Both the position numbers and the translations under genes were made by a program. Source: an uncultured bacterium (GTDB taxonomy: Bacteria; Bacillota; Clostridia; Lachnospirales; Lachnospiraceae). Taken from it: 64,000 nucleotides of DNA. Each line of letters begins with the position of its first letter. The first letter of the stretch is position 1. Under the pieces are notes generated by a model that ran no database searches, had not been told where the DNA came from, and saw only the letters and a program-made list of their open reading frames with translations. Shown here one piece after another: positions 1 to 8,617 of the stretch. The DNA lies in NCBI GenBank assembly GCA_905215775.1, contig CAJMRM010000011.1, positions 49-64,048 of the forward strand. The letters run 5' to 3'.

Positions 1-38
1 ATGTCGTTAATCGGAATGATTCCTAATTCGAGTTTCAT
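1..38 (-). CDS. 5' fragment of a gene running off the left edge; N-terminus resembles glycine/sarcosine/betaine reductase component B proprotein (GrdE-like)
   Basis: Reverse complement of 1..38 reads ATG AAA CTC GAA TTA GGA ATC ATT CCG ATT AAC GAC = MKLELGIIPIND. The M-[KR]-LELG-x-I-x-I-x-D start is how I remember GrdE-type proteins beginning, and it lies 29 nt downstream of grdX. Only 12 codons are visible. Confidence 0.35.
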   Translation of the reverse strand, partial: MKLELGIIPIND

Positions 39-67
39 TGTTTACGCTTACCCCGCTTTCTTAAAAA

Positions 68-451
68 CTACAAAATTTTTTGAATCGCTCCCTCGATCAG
101 TGACAGATCCACTGCCTGGAAATCTTCCAGGAGGTTCTGCGGCCAGTCCGGAGTTTTCCGGATCGACTGGAATTTACGGCAGGCCGTGATTCCATTTTCA
201 ATCGTGATCTCCTGCTGGTAGAATTCTTCCTTGTCCACAGGACGGTCGGATATCATCACAGATTTATAAGGAGTCTGATTGGGCTTCAGGCTTCCCGTCA
301 TCGGATGCGTTTCCAAACACCAGCCGTTCTGGATATAATCCCGGACTTTCACGAGTACGTCCATATAACTCTGTCCATCCAGATATTCCACCTGTATCTG
401 GTCACCGTATTTTACCAGACACATCTGGTTATTTGTAATAATCCGATACAT
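68..451 (-). CDS. grdX: GrdX family protein (glycine reductase operon-associated)
   Basis: ORF 68..493. The core THPMTGSLKPNQTPYKS and the N-terminal IITNN match my recollection of GrdX proteins. Start moved to the internal ATG at 451 (MYRIITNN), which is preceded by GGTGAGGGAAG. The upstream extension would overlap the leader repeats. Confidence 0.55.
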   Translation of the reverse strand: MYRIITNNQMCLVKYGDQIQVEYLDGQSYMDVLVKVRDYIQNGWCLETHPMTGSLKPNQTPYKSVMISDRPVDKEEFYQQEITIENGITACRKFQSIRKTPDWPQNLLEDFQAVDLSLIEGAIQKIL

Positions 452-464
452 TCTTCCCTCACCC

Positions 465-538
465 TTTATTGATACAGGAAAACCCTGTTTCAACCATTTT
501 ATTTATTGATCACAGGAATACCTTGTATTGATATTTCC
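465..538. repeat. Two ~20-nt direct repeats plus a partial third copy in the grdX leader/operator region
   Basis: 465..484 is TTTATTGAT-ACAGGAAAACC and 502..522 is TTTATTGATCACAGGAATACC (19 identical positions, 1 mismatch, 1 indel). A third ATTGATA core lies at about 525..538. Confidence 0.7.
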
Positions 539-540
539 TA

Positions 541-569
541 TATATAGAATGTACCACATTTTTTTCCAA
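541..569 (-). promoter_or_regulatory. Candidate sigma-A promoter for grdX operon
   Basis: The minus strand reads TTGGAA-N17-TATATA (-35 at 564..569, -10 at 541..546). This would give a ~90-100 nt leader containing the repeats. Confidence 0.3.
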
Positions 570-629
570 AAGAAAAGGGGTATGAAGTTTTTTTCTTAAC
601 TTTTTTTCTTTGTGCATGAAATTTATTTC

Positions 630-658
630 TTGATTTTGAAAAACATTTCATATATAAT
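630..658 (+). promoter_or_regulatory. Candidate sigma-A promoter for the NtrC-family regulator
   Basis: TTGATT (630..635), N17, TATAAT (653..658). This places the TSS upstream of the ATG at 709 and argues against the track start at 658. Confidence 0.45.
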
Positions 659-708
659 TGTATGATGATTGGACAATTATCAAATCTTTTATACAGAAAG
701 GCCAAACC

Positions 709-1689
709 ATGGACAATAATGCCTTTAATTCCACATACTATATGGAGACAAAATCCCCCTCCTACGCAAGAACCCTCCTGGACTGCAAGCGTGTGGCAGC
801 CTCCAACGCCAACGTTCTCCTGATCGGGGAATCGGGAACGGGAAAGGACGTGGCTGCCCAGTACATCCACGCGCTGAGCCGGCGGTCAGACCGGCCATTT
901 ATTGCCGTAAACTGCAACGCCTATACGGAATCTCTGCTGGAGCCAGAGCTTTTCGGCGTGGAGCCAGGGATCTTTTCTGACACCATCCGGCGGCGTGTGG
1001 GGAAATTCGAGCTGGCCGACCACGGCACTCTGTTTCTGGACGCCATCGGTGACGTCAGTATGACCACCCAGGTAAAGCTCCTGCGTGCCATCGAGACCAA
1101 AGAGATCGAGCGCCTGGGAGGAAACAACAAAAAGGTACTGGATTTCCGTCTCATCGCCGCCACCAGCCGGGACCTTCCCACCAAGGTCATCAACGGAGAA
1201 TTCCGCGAGGACTTCTTCTACCGGATCAGCACCATCGTGATCCGGATCCCTCCCTTAAGGGAGCGGAAGGAGGATCTGGAGGGGATGATCCATTTCCTAT
1301 TAAAGAAGGCCCAGGAGGAAAACGAGATCCGCATTGACCGGATCGAGGATAAGGTTTGGGAGTTCCTCATGAATTATGACTATCCGGGCAATGTCCGGGA
1401 GCTGAAAAATACCCTGGACCGGATGGTGGTACTCTCCCAGGATCACGTGATCACTGCCGAGGGCATTCCGATCCTTTATAATCTGAAGCGCACGACTCCG
1501 ATCTCCACCTATTCCGCCCACCAGCTTGTCACCTGGAAGGAGTTTAAGCGGCGCAGCGAAAAGGAATACCTGGAATGGGCACTTCGCCAGACAGACTGGA
1601 ATATTTCTGCCGCTTCCCGGGAGCTTTCCCTGAGCACCCGGCAAATTTTCAACAAAATCAATGAATACGATATAGAAAAAACGTTTTAA
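709..1689 (+). CDS. NtrC/PspF-family AAA+ transcriptional regulator (sigma-54 interaction domain plus Fis-type HTH), with no sensor domain and degenerate GAFTGA and Walker B motifs
   Basis: Walker A LLIGESGTGKD; FREDFFYRI; PPLRERKEDL; YPGNVRELKN; C-terminal HTH NISAASRELSLSTRQIFNKI. The GAFTGA position reads GIFSDT and the LFLDE position reads LFLDA. Start set at ATG 709 (GAAAGG 8 nt upstream). Confidence 0.85.
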   Translation: MDNNAFNSTYYMETKSPSYARTLLDCKRVAASNANVLLIGESGTGKDVAAQYIHALSRRSDRPFIAVNCNAYTESLLEPELFGVEPGIFSDTIRRRVGKFELADHGTLFLDAIGDVSMTTQVKLLRAIETKEIERLGGNNKKVLDFRLIAATSRDLPTKVINGEFREDFFYRISTIVIRIPPLRERKEDLEGMIHFLLKKAQEENEIRIDRIEDKVWEFLMNYDYPGNVRELKNTLDRMVVLSQDHVITAEGIPILYNLKRTTPISTYSAHQLVTWKEFKRRSEKEYLEWALRQTDWNISAASRELSLSTRQIFNKINEYDIEKTF

Positions 1690-1793
1690 TTTACATTTTT
1701 CTGAATCTTTTCTTACATGCATTGAATCCTCTTTCTTTATATGATACTCTGGAATCAACAAAATGGGCTGTCTATAATGAAGGGAATGGTTTT

Positions 1794-2819
1794 ATGAAAA
1801 AGAAGCATGCATCAAAATTCGCCGCAATTATTTTTCTTCCCATGGCCATCGCTTTCGCCCTGGGACTGACCGCCTGCGGAGCCAGCGCGGCCGGTGCAAA
1901 AAACGAAGCCGCCCCGGAGGCAGAAACGACCGCTGCCGCCGGGGATATGAGGGTCGAAACCGCCGCAGAAACCGGGGAAGGTCTTCAAAGCCCGGCTTCC
2001 CTCTCCTCTCCGCAGACCACCGGCCGGAAGCTGATCCGGAATGTGGAGCTTTGGGCTGAGACAGAGGATTTTGACGGTTTATTAAGGTCCATCCAGGAGC
2101 AGATCTCTAGTCTTTCCGGCTATGTGGAGCAGTCGGATCTCTCGGGCAGCAGCATCCAGTATGACAGCCGCCCCTCCCGACGGTACGCTTCCATCACCGC
2201 CCGGATCCCGGCAGACCGGCTGGACTCCTTTCTTCAGTCTGTGGAGGACCAGGCCAACGTGACGGAGCGTTCGGAAACCACCACCGATGTGACCCTCCAG
2301 TACAGCGATCTGGAAAGCAGGAAAAAAACGCTGACCACGGAGCAGGATCGGATCTGGGCGCTTCTGGAAAAGGCCGATACCCTGGAAGCCGTCATCGCCC
2401 TGGAGGAACGTCTGTCAGAGATCCGGTATCAGCTGGAATCCATGGAGTCCCAGCTGAGGCTCTACGATAACCAGGTGGATTACAGCACCATATCCATCCA
2501 TATCTCTGAGGTGGCCGTTTATACGCCCACCGGTTCCCAGTCCATTGGGACGCGGATCCAGGACGGCTTTAAAAGAAATCTCTCCTCTGTAAAGGCGGCG
2601 GCCGTGGATCTGTTTGTTTTAGTGATCTCCACCCTTCCCATCTGGCTTCCGGCGCTGCTGGTATTCGCTGCGGCAGCAGCGGGAATCCGGCATTATATAG
2701 GAAGAAACACCGGAGGGGAACGTGGGAGGAAACATAAAAATCCAAAGAAAAAACAGGACGAGGTTCCGTCCAAAGAACCTTCTCCAAATGATCCGCCTTC
2801 GGATCCTTCCGCCAGATAA
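1794..2819 (+). CDS. DUF4349 domain lipoprotein
   Basis: Signal peptide with lipobox LGLTAC-G, a coiled-coil middle section (TLQYSDLESRKKTLTTEQDRIWALLEKA...LEERLSEIRYQLESMESQLRLYDNQVDYSTISI) and a C-terminal TM helix. Start moved to the MKKKH ATG at 1794. Confidence 0.7.
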   Translation: MKKKHASKFAAIIFLPMAIAFALGLTACGASAAGAKNEAAPEAETTAAAGDMRVETAAETGEGLQSPASLSSPQTTGRKLIRNVELWAETEDFDGLLRSIQEQISSLSGYVEQSDLSGSSIQYDSRPSRRYASITARIPADRLDSFLQSVEDQANVTERSETTTDVTLQYSDLESRKKTLTTEQDRIWALLEKADTLEAVIALEERLSEIRYQLESMESQLRLYDNQVDYSTISIHISEVAVYTPTGSQSIGTRIQDGFKRNLSSVKAAAVDLFVLVISTLPIWLPALLVFAAAAAGIRHYIGRNTGGERGRKHKNPKKKQDEVPSKEPSPNDPPSDPSAR

Positions 2820-2828
2820 AGTAAAAAT

Positions 2829-2873
2829 GGCGCTGCAAAGGGATGGGATCTCCCTTTGCAGCGCCTTATTTTT
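2829..2873. terminator. Bidirectional intrinsic terminator between convergent DUF4349 gene and thrS
   Basis: 15-bp perfect stem GGCGCTGCAAAGGGA (2829..2843) / TCCCTTTGCAGCGCC (2851..2865), flanked by an A-run upstream and TTATTTTTA downstream. Confidence 0.8.
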
Positions 2874-2883
2874 ATGGTCGGAT

Positions 2884-4821
2884 CTAATTCTCCTTCTTCT
2901 CCACTTCCACCGGCCGGTTCACTCTCCCGGCGATCTCCTCTTTTATATCGGAGATAAAGCAGGAAAGCTCTCTGGAGCCCTCGTCGCCCTTGAAGCGGCT
3001 TCTTACGGAAACCGTACCGTCGGCCTCCTCCTTCTGTCCCACAACCAGCATGTAGGGGATCTTCTGAGTCTGGGCCTCACGGATCTTGTAGCCGATCTTC
3101 TCGGAGCGAAGATCGATCTCTGCCCGGATCCCGGCCTCATCCAGATCAGCCTTTACGGACTTTGCATATTCTTCATACTTCTCAGAAATGGGAAGTACCT
3201 TTACCTGCACCGGAGCCAGCCATGTGGGGAACGCACCGGCAAAATGCTCGATCAGGATACCGATGAAGCGCTCCACAGAGCCAAAGGCCACGCGGTGGAT
3301 CATGATGGGCCTGTGCTTCTCTCCATCTGCGCCGATATACTCCAGGTTGAATCTCTGGGGCATCTGGAAATCCAGCTGGATGGTTCCGCACTGCCAGGTT
3401 CTTCCGATGCAGTCAACCAGGTGGAAATCGATCTTGGGACCGTAGAAGGCGCCGTCGCCCTCATTGATCACATAGTTCAGGCCCAGGTCGTCCAGAGCGC
3501 CCTGGAGCGCGCTGGTAGCCATCTCCCAGTCCTCGTCGCTTCCCATGGAATCCTCCGGTCTTGTGGACAGCTCCACATGATACTCAAAGCCGAACAGCTT
3601 ATATACGCTGTCAATGAGCTGGGCAACGCCCTTGATCTCATCGCGGATCTGCTCCGGCATCATAAAGATATGGGCATCGTCCTGGTTGAAGCAGCGCACA
3701 CGCATGAGACCATGGAGCTGGCCGGATTTTTCATGGCGGTGAACCAGTCCGATCTCTCCCATACGGATGGGAAGATCCCGGTAGGAACGGGGCTCAGACG
3801 CGTATACCAGAATTCCGCCCGGACAGTTCATGGGCTTAACTGCGTAGTCCTCGTCGTCGATGACCGTTGTATACATGTTATCCTTATAATGATCCCAATG
3901 GCCGGAGTTCTCCCAGAGCTTCCGGTTCATGATGATCGGGGAAGAAATTTCCACATAACCGGCCTTCTTATGGATCTCGCGCCAGTAGTCTAACAGTGTG
4001 TTCTTTAAGATCATTCCCTTGGGAAGGAAGAACGGGAAGCCCGGGCCGGCCTCATGCATCATAAACAGGCCCAGCTCACGGCCCAGCTTTCTGTGGTCAC
4101 GCTTTTTGGCCTCCTCCATCATGGTCACATAGGCCTCCAGGTCCTCTTTCTTCTGGAAGGCAGTGGCATAGATCCTTGTGAGCATTTTATTCTTTTCGCT
4201 GCCGCGCCAGTAAGCGCCCGCAATATTCATGAGCTTAAAGGCCTTGCCGATCTCCTTTGTGGTCATCAGATGGGGGCCGGCGCACAGGTCTGTAAATTCT
4301 CCCTGCTTATAGAAGCTGATAACGGAATCCTCAGGCAGGTCCTCGATCAGCTCCACCTTATAGGGCTCGTCCTTTTCCTTCATAAGGGCAATGGCCTCGG
4401 CCCTGGGAAGCTCGAAACGCTCCAGGGGAAGAGCCTCCTTGATGATCTTCTTCATTTCAGCCTCGATCTTTTCCAGATCGTCGGCTGTGATAGGATTCAC
4501 CGGATCCACATCATAATAGAAGCCGTCTGCGATGGACGGGCCGATGGCCAGCTTTGTATCGGGCCATAAACGCTTAATGGCCTGGGCCATCACATGGCTG
4601 GCCGTATGACGGAGTGCCGAAAGACCTTCTGCGTCCTTGGCAGTCAGTATATTTAACTGGCAGTCGGAATCCACCACAGTCCGAAGATCTGCCTCCTCTC
4701 CGTTGATCTCTGCAACACAGGCCATTCTTGCCAGGCCCTCGCTGATATCCTTTGCAATGTCAATGACAGCCATGGGCTGCGCGTACTCTTTCACAGAGCC
4801 GTCTTTCAGTGTAACTTTCAT
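2884..4821 (-). CDS. thrS: Threonine--tRNA ligase
   Basis: 645 aa. N-terminal TGS domain (MKVTLKDGSVKEY), editing-domain HxxxH (RHTASHVMAQA) and class II core (HRHEKSGQLHGLMRVRCFNQDDAHIF). Preceded by a Thr T-box. Confidence 0.97.
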   Translation of the reverse strand: MKVTLKDGSVKEYAQPMAVIDIAKDISEGLARMACVAEINGEEADLRTVVDSDCQLNILTAKDAEGLSALRHTASHVMAQAIKRLWPDTKLAIGPSIADGFYYDVDPVNPITADDLEKIEAEMKKIIKEALPLERFELPRAEAIALMKEKDEPYKVELIEDLPEDSVISFYKQGEFTDLCAGPHLMTTKEIGKAFKLMNIAGAYWRGSEKNKMLTRIYATAFQKKEDLEAYVTMMEEAKKRDHRKLGRELGLFMMHEAGPGFPFFLPKGMILKNTLLDYWREIHKKAGYVEISSPIIMNRKLWENSGHWDHYKDNMYTTVIDDEDYAVKPMNCPGGILVYASEPRSYRDLPIRMGEIGLVHRHEKSGQLHGLMRVRCFNQDDAHIFMMPEQIRDEIKGVAQLIDSVYKLFGFEYHVELSTRPEDSMGSDEDWEMATSALQGALDDLGLNYVINEGDGAFYGPKIDFHLVDCIGRTWQCGTIQLDFQMPQRFNLEYIGADGEKHRPIMIHRVAFGSVERFIGILIEHFAGAFPTWLAPVQVKVLPISEKYEEYAKSVKADLDEAGIRAEIDLRSEKIGYKIREAQTQKIPYMLVVGQKEEADGTVSVRSRFKGDEGSRELSCFISDIKEEIAGRVNRPVEVEKKEN

Positions 4822-4883
4822 TGTGATCTCTCCTTTTCAATATATGGAAAACAGGAACCGGCAGGACGTCGTTCCTTTAACGT

Positions 4884-5139
4884 AAAAAGTCCCCTGCCAC
4901 AGACGCCTGGTCTATGGCAAGGGACGAGTTTACCCGCGGTTCCACCCTGCTAGCACGGGCCGGATATAGGGCCCATACCTCTTATTTCTGATGATAACGG
5001 AATCACCGTTCCCGATTAAGGGACACTCCAGGGCGGTCTTCAGCCAAAGGTCGTGTAAAGCGCTTCCAGCACATGGCGCTCCTCTCTGGACAGTTCCTAA
5101 AGCCTACTCTTCCTGTCTTCGTGTTGCTGTTTGAACTTA
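4884..5139 (-). promoter_or_regulatory. T-box leader (tRNA-Thr sensing) of thrS
   Basis: The minus strand shows an AG-bay CCAGAGAGG and a specifier-loop context GAAG-ACC-G (ACC at 5035..5037). The T-box sequence AGGGTGGAACCGCGGG lies at about 4932..4950. The terminator is GTCCCTTGCCA...TGGCAGGGGAC plus TTTTT (4884..4925). Confidence 0.85.
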
Positions 5140-5145
5140 TGCTTT

Positions 5146-5173
5146 AGTATAGCACTTGCTGGGGATTTGTCAA
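5146..5173 (-). promoter_or_regulatory. Candidate sigma-A promoter of thrS leader
   Basis: The minus strand reads TTGACA (5168..5173), N16, TGc-TATACT (5146..5151), i.e. an extended -10. Confidence 0.5.
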
Positions 5174-5256
5174 GCATTTGTTTGCTGCCATGACCAGACC
5201 GGCCGCTTCCATAAGAAGCTCATCCTGCTGGCCGGCGTCCGTATCCTGCCCCGGGC

Positions 5257-6171
5257 CTACGCGCCCGGAAGGATCTCCAGAAGATGCCTGAAATATTCCG
5301 GCAGCGGTGCTGTGAATTCCATATACTCTCCCGTTGAGGGATGGATAAAGCCCAGGATCCCGGCGTGGAGGGTCTGTCCCTGGAGCTTATACGGACATCT
5401 GGCCGGTCCATAGACCAGATCTCCCAGGAGCGGATGTCCCAGACTCGCCATATGGACCCGGATCTGATGGGTACGGCCGGTCTCCAGGCGGCACTCGATC
5501 TGTGTGAAGCCCGAAAAGCGCTTTAGCACCCGGTAATGGGTCACGGCAGCCTTGCCGTTCTGATGGTTGATGCACATTTTTTTCCGGTCCTGGGGATGAC
5601 GGCCAATGGGCGCATCCACCACTCCCTCGTCCTCCTTCACCACTCCATGGACAATGGCCTGGTAACGCCTGGTAATGGAGTGCTCCTTCAGCTGGGCCGC
5701 AATGGAATTATGGGCCTGATCATTTTTGCAGGCAATGAGGACGCCGGTGGTATCCATGTCGATTCGGTGGACGATCCCCGGACGCAGAACACCATTGATT
5801 CCAGACAGATCCTCCCTGCAGTGGTACATCAGGGCATTTACCAGGGTCCCCGTATAATGACCGGCCGCCGGATGGACCACCATGCCCTTGGGCTTATTGA
5901 CCAGGATCACGTCGCGGTCCTCGTAGAGGATATCCAGGGGGATATCTTCCGCCAGGATCTCCGGCTCCACCGCCTCCGGCACCTCAAAGACCAGCCGGTC
6001 GCCTTCGGCCACCCGGTAGCTGGCCTTCACCGGAGCTCCGTCCGCAAAGACGCCGCCGGATTTCATGAGCTTCTGAAGAAAGGAGCGGGAATATTCCCCG
6101 CACTGCTCCGCCAAAAATTTATCGACCCGGTCGCCGGAGGCTTCCTCCGTCACAAAAATTTCTTTTTTCAC
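5257..6171 (-). CDS. rluD: RluA/RluD-family 23S rRNA pseudouridine synthase
   Basis: N-terminal S4 domain, catalytic motif HRIDMDTTGVLIACKN and the motif GRTHQIRVH. ATGA overlap with lspA. Confidence 0.9.
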   Translation of the reverse strand: MKKEIFVTEEASGDRVDKFLAEQCGEYSRSFLQKLMKSGGVFADGAPVKASYRVAEGDRLVFEVPEAVEPEILAEDIPLDILYEDRDVILVNKPKGMVVHPAAGHYTGTLVNALMYHCREDLSGINGVLRPGIVHRIDMDTTGVLIACKNDQAHNSIAAQLKEHSITRRYQAIVHGVVKEDEGVVDAPIGRHPQDRKKMCINHQNGKAAVTHYRVLKRFSGFTQIECRLETGRTHQIRVHMASLGHPLLGDLVYGPARCPYKLQGQTLHAGILGFIHPSTGEYMEFTAPLPEYFRHLLEILPGA

Positions 6172-6680
6172 CTGGCCCTCTCCTTCCCCGAAAAGAAGTC
6201 CAGCTCCCCGTCCTTATAATAAAAGCCGGTCAGAAGGACCAGAAGGACGGCAGCAGTCACCACATAGCAGTCTGCCACGTTAAAGATCGGAAAATCAATG
6301 AGGCTGAAATAAAGGAAATCCACCACATAGCCCTGGACTGCCCGGTCGATCATATTTCCCACGGCGCCGGAGGTCAGGAGCACCATGGAAAAATACAGCG
6401 GCATATACCGCCGCTCCCAGGGCATCCGGGAAAGGAACAGAAGGACCACAACGATCACTGCAGCTGCCACCAGGAAAAAGAATACATGTTTTCCCTGAAG
6501 GATCCCGAAGGCCGCCCCCCGGTTTTCTGAATACAGAAGCTCAAATACCCCCTCCCAGATCACAAAGGGGCCGTTCCCCATTAAATTTTCCACAGCCAGC
6601 CGTTTCGTCCACTGATCCAGTCCCACTGCCAGAGCTGTCAGAAGGCCGAAAAGGCCGTACCGTTTCCACAAGCTGTTCAT
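6168..6680 (-). CDS. lspA: Lipoprotein signal peptidase II
   Basis: 170 aa with 4 TM helices and the motifs NRGAAFGI and FNVADC. Confidence 0.9.
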   Translation of the reverse strand: MNSLWKRYGLFGLLTALAVGLDQWTKRLAVENLMGNGPFVIWEGVFELLYSENRGAAFGILQGKHVFFFLVAAAVIVVVLLFLSRMPWERRYMPLYFSMVLLTSGAVGNMIDRAVQGYVVDFLYFSLIDFPIFNVADCYVVTAAVLLVLLTGFYYKDGELDFFSGKERAR

Positions 6681-6713
6681 GTCATTCTCCTTATCTGAAA
6701 TCCCGGGAGAGGA

Positions 6714-7835
6714 TCATCCTTCTCCGGAGCACTGGATAATGGCATCCAGAGCCCCCCTCATCTCCTCGTCGGTCACGGTCCGGTCCACATAGGCATGGCC
6801 CAGGCGGTCCAGAAGGATGAATTTAATGACCCCGGCTTCCATTTTTTTATCGTTTTTTGTAGCTGCCACCACAGCCTCTTTTGTCAGCTCCCCTGCAGAT
6901 ACAGGCATATCAAAATATTCCATGGCCTCCCTGTACCGGGCCGCTTCTCCCGCCGGCACCGTTCCCCGTTTCACGCAGATATCCAGGGCGGCCAGGGCTC
7001 CCAGGGCAACACAGTGGCCATGGAGCATGGAAAAATCCTTTAATTTTTCCACCGCATGGCCCAGGGTATGGCCGAAATTCAGCACGGCCCGCTCGTTCTG
7101 CTCCGTTGGGTCCGCCTCCACCACCTGCCGTTTGATCTGGTTGCTCCCATAGATCAGGCGGCGGCACACGGAAAGCTCCCGGTTCCGGACGGCCTCCCGG
7201 TTTTCCAGGATCCATTCATAATACTCCCGGTCCCGGATCAGCCCATGCTTAATGACCTCCCCCATACCGGCAGAAAACTGCTCCGGAGGCAGCGTCTTTA
7301 AAGCAGATACATTGGCGTAGACCAGCCTCGGCATATGGAAAGCGCCCACCATATTTTTATACGAATCAAAATCCACTCCGGTCTTTCCTCCGATGCTGGA
7401 GTCCACCTGGGACAGCAGGGTCGTGGGGATCTGAATGAAATCCACGCCTCTTAAATAAGTGGCCGCAGTGAAGCCGCAAAGATCTCCCACTACGCCGCCG
7501 CCAAGGGCCGCCAGCCAGTCCTTCCGGTCGAACCGGTTCCGGATCAGGTGCTCATACACTCCCTTCACCGTATCCAGGCTCTTATGCTCCTCTCCCGCCG
7601 GAAACACATAGGACGTCACCTGGCTGAAGCATCCCGAAAGGAGCTTCTTTACCTCCTCCAGATACAGGGGAGCCACATTGGAATCCGTGACGATGCAGAG
7701 CTTTCTCCCAGAGCTTCCCAGCCTCTTTACCTCCTCCGGAAGGCGTCCGAAGGTATCCTCCAGAACACTATCGTAAATGGGCACCCCGTCCCGGCAGACT
7801 GCCATCCTGCTTTCTTCTTTTTCTGAAACTGCCAT
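6714..7835 (-). CDS. aroB: 3-dehydroquinate synthase
   Basis: GGGVVGDLCGFTAATYLRGVDFIQIPTTLLSQVDSSIGGKTGVDF; metal ligands in HGHCVALG. An alternative start lies at 7805. Confidence 0.9.
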   Translation of the reverse strand: MAVSEKEESRMAVCRDGVPIYDSVLEDTFGRLPEEVKRLGSSGRKLCIVTDSNVAPLYLEEVKKLLSGCFSQVTSYVFPAGEEHKSLDTVKGVYEHLIRNRFDRKDWLAALGGGVVGDLCGFTAATYLRGVDFIQIPTTLLSQVDSSIGGKTGVDFDSYKNMVGAFHMPRLVYANVSALKTLPPEQFSAGMGEVIKHGLIRDREYYEWILENREAVRNRELSVCRRLIYGSNQIKRQVVEADPTEQNERAVLNFGHTLGHAVEKLKDFSMLHGHCVALGALAALDICVKRGTVPAGEAARYREAMEYFDMPVSAGELTKEAVVAATKNDKKMEAGVIKFILLDRLGHAYVDRTVTDEEMRGALDAIIQCSGEG

Positions 7836-7854
7836 AACAGGCCTCCTTCTGTCC

Positions 7855-8616
7855 TCATCGGTATTTTAAAAATATGACGGAGATCCTCCCCTTTTTGGTC
7901 TGTCCCCCATTCCTTGAAAAAAGGAATTTTCCCACACCGCGGATGGACAGGATCTCTCCCGGCTCCATCTGCCTCGCAGGCGACAGGGCCCTCTGTCCGT
8001 TGATAAAGACCTTTTCACCGGCGATCAGGGCGGCCGCCTTTGTCCTGGACACGCGGCCGCAAAGGGCCACAACGGCGTCCAGACGTACTGAGCTTACGGT
8101 TCCCGGCACCTCCTCATATTCCGGCTCCAGGAGGTCTTCTGCGGCCTCGCAGACCGTAACCTCCACCGCGGTGCGGCTGACCATATCCAGGTTTTCCAGC
8201 ACATAACGGCTGATCTTTTTTAAGACCAGAACGTATCCGTCCCGGTCCTTTACCACGATATCTCCGATCATCGCCCGCTCGATCCCCAGATTCATCAGGC
8301 CCCCCAGAAAATCCCGGTGGGTCAGCTCCCCGGAAAATTTCTTATTCCGGGCTGAGATCCGCAGGCACTCAAAGGGCGGATCCGTCAGCTCTTCCTCATA
8401 GGAAGGAAGAAAACAGACAACCTTCCTTTCTGACCCGGGGAAGCCGCCGGCAAGAACGTATCTCACCGGCGGCAGTGTGCCAGAAATACTCTGGAAAATT
8501 GTCTGCTCGTTTAAATTCAGGAAATCCGTATTGGAGGGCATGTCCCTGTTAAAACACAGCTCCGCCAGCTCCAGGACTCTTTTTCTGAAAAGCTGTTCTT
8601 CTTTTTCCATGGCCAT
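7855..8616 (-). CDS. ylmH: YlmH-type S4-domain RNA-binding protein (division cluster)
   Basis: The C-terminal S4-like region (VRLDAVVALCGRVSRTKAAALIAGEKVFINGQ) and its position directly after sepF match ylmH. Start moved to ATG 8616, because the track start at 8694 would overlap sepF by 77 nt. Confidence 0.75.
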   Translation of the reverse strand: MAMEKEEQLFRKRVLELAELCFNRDMPSNTDFLNLNEQTIFQSISGTLPPVRYVLAGGFPGSERKVVCFLPSYEEELTDPPFECLRISARNKKFSGELTHRDFLGGLMNLGIERAMIGDIVVKDRDGYVLVLKKISRYVLENLDMVSRTAVEVTVCEAAEDLLEPEYEEVPGTVSSVRLDAVVALCGRVSRTKAAALIAGEKVFINGQRALSPARQMEPGEILSIRGVGKFLFSRNGGQTKKGRISVIFLKYR

Positions 8617-8617
8617 C

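Noticed and set aside
1-189. Plus-strand ORF of 62 aa at the left edge.
   Set aside because: It overlaps the 3' end of grdX and the grdE-like start on the other strand. It has no RBS and no recognisable sequence features.
541-558. Possible sigma-54 promoter upstream of grdX (the minus strand reads TGGTAC-ATTCT-ATATA).
   Set aside because: The -24 GG is present, but the -12 element is ATAT instead of TTGC. The same bases fit a sigma-A -10 (TATATA) with a TTGGAA -35 much better.
2722-3993. Long plus-strand ORFs lying antisense to well-supported minus-strand genes. This one is 423 aa; others include 9716..10888, 17676..18779, 26256..27206, 38752..39699, 44840..45634, 50019..51089 and 62189..62986.
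   Set aside because: Each lies entirely within a conserved gene on the opposite strand. Their translations are low-complexity (rich in G, R, P, H and L) with no recognisable motifs, and they lack RBS signals. These are the usual shadow ORFs of GC-rich coding DNA.
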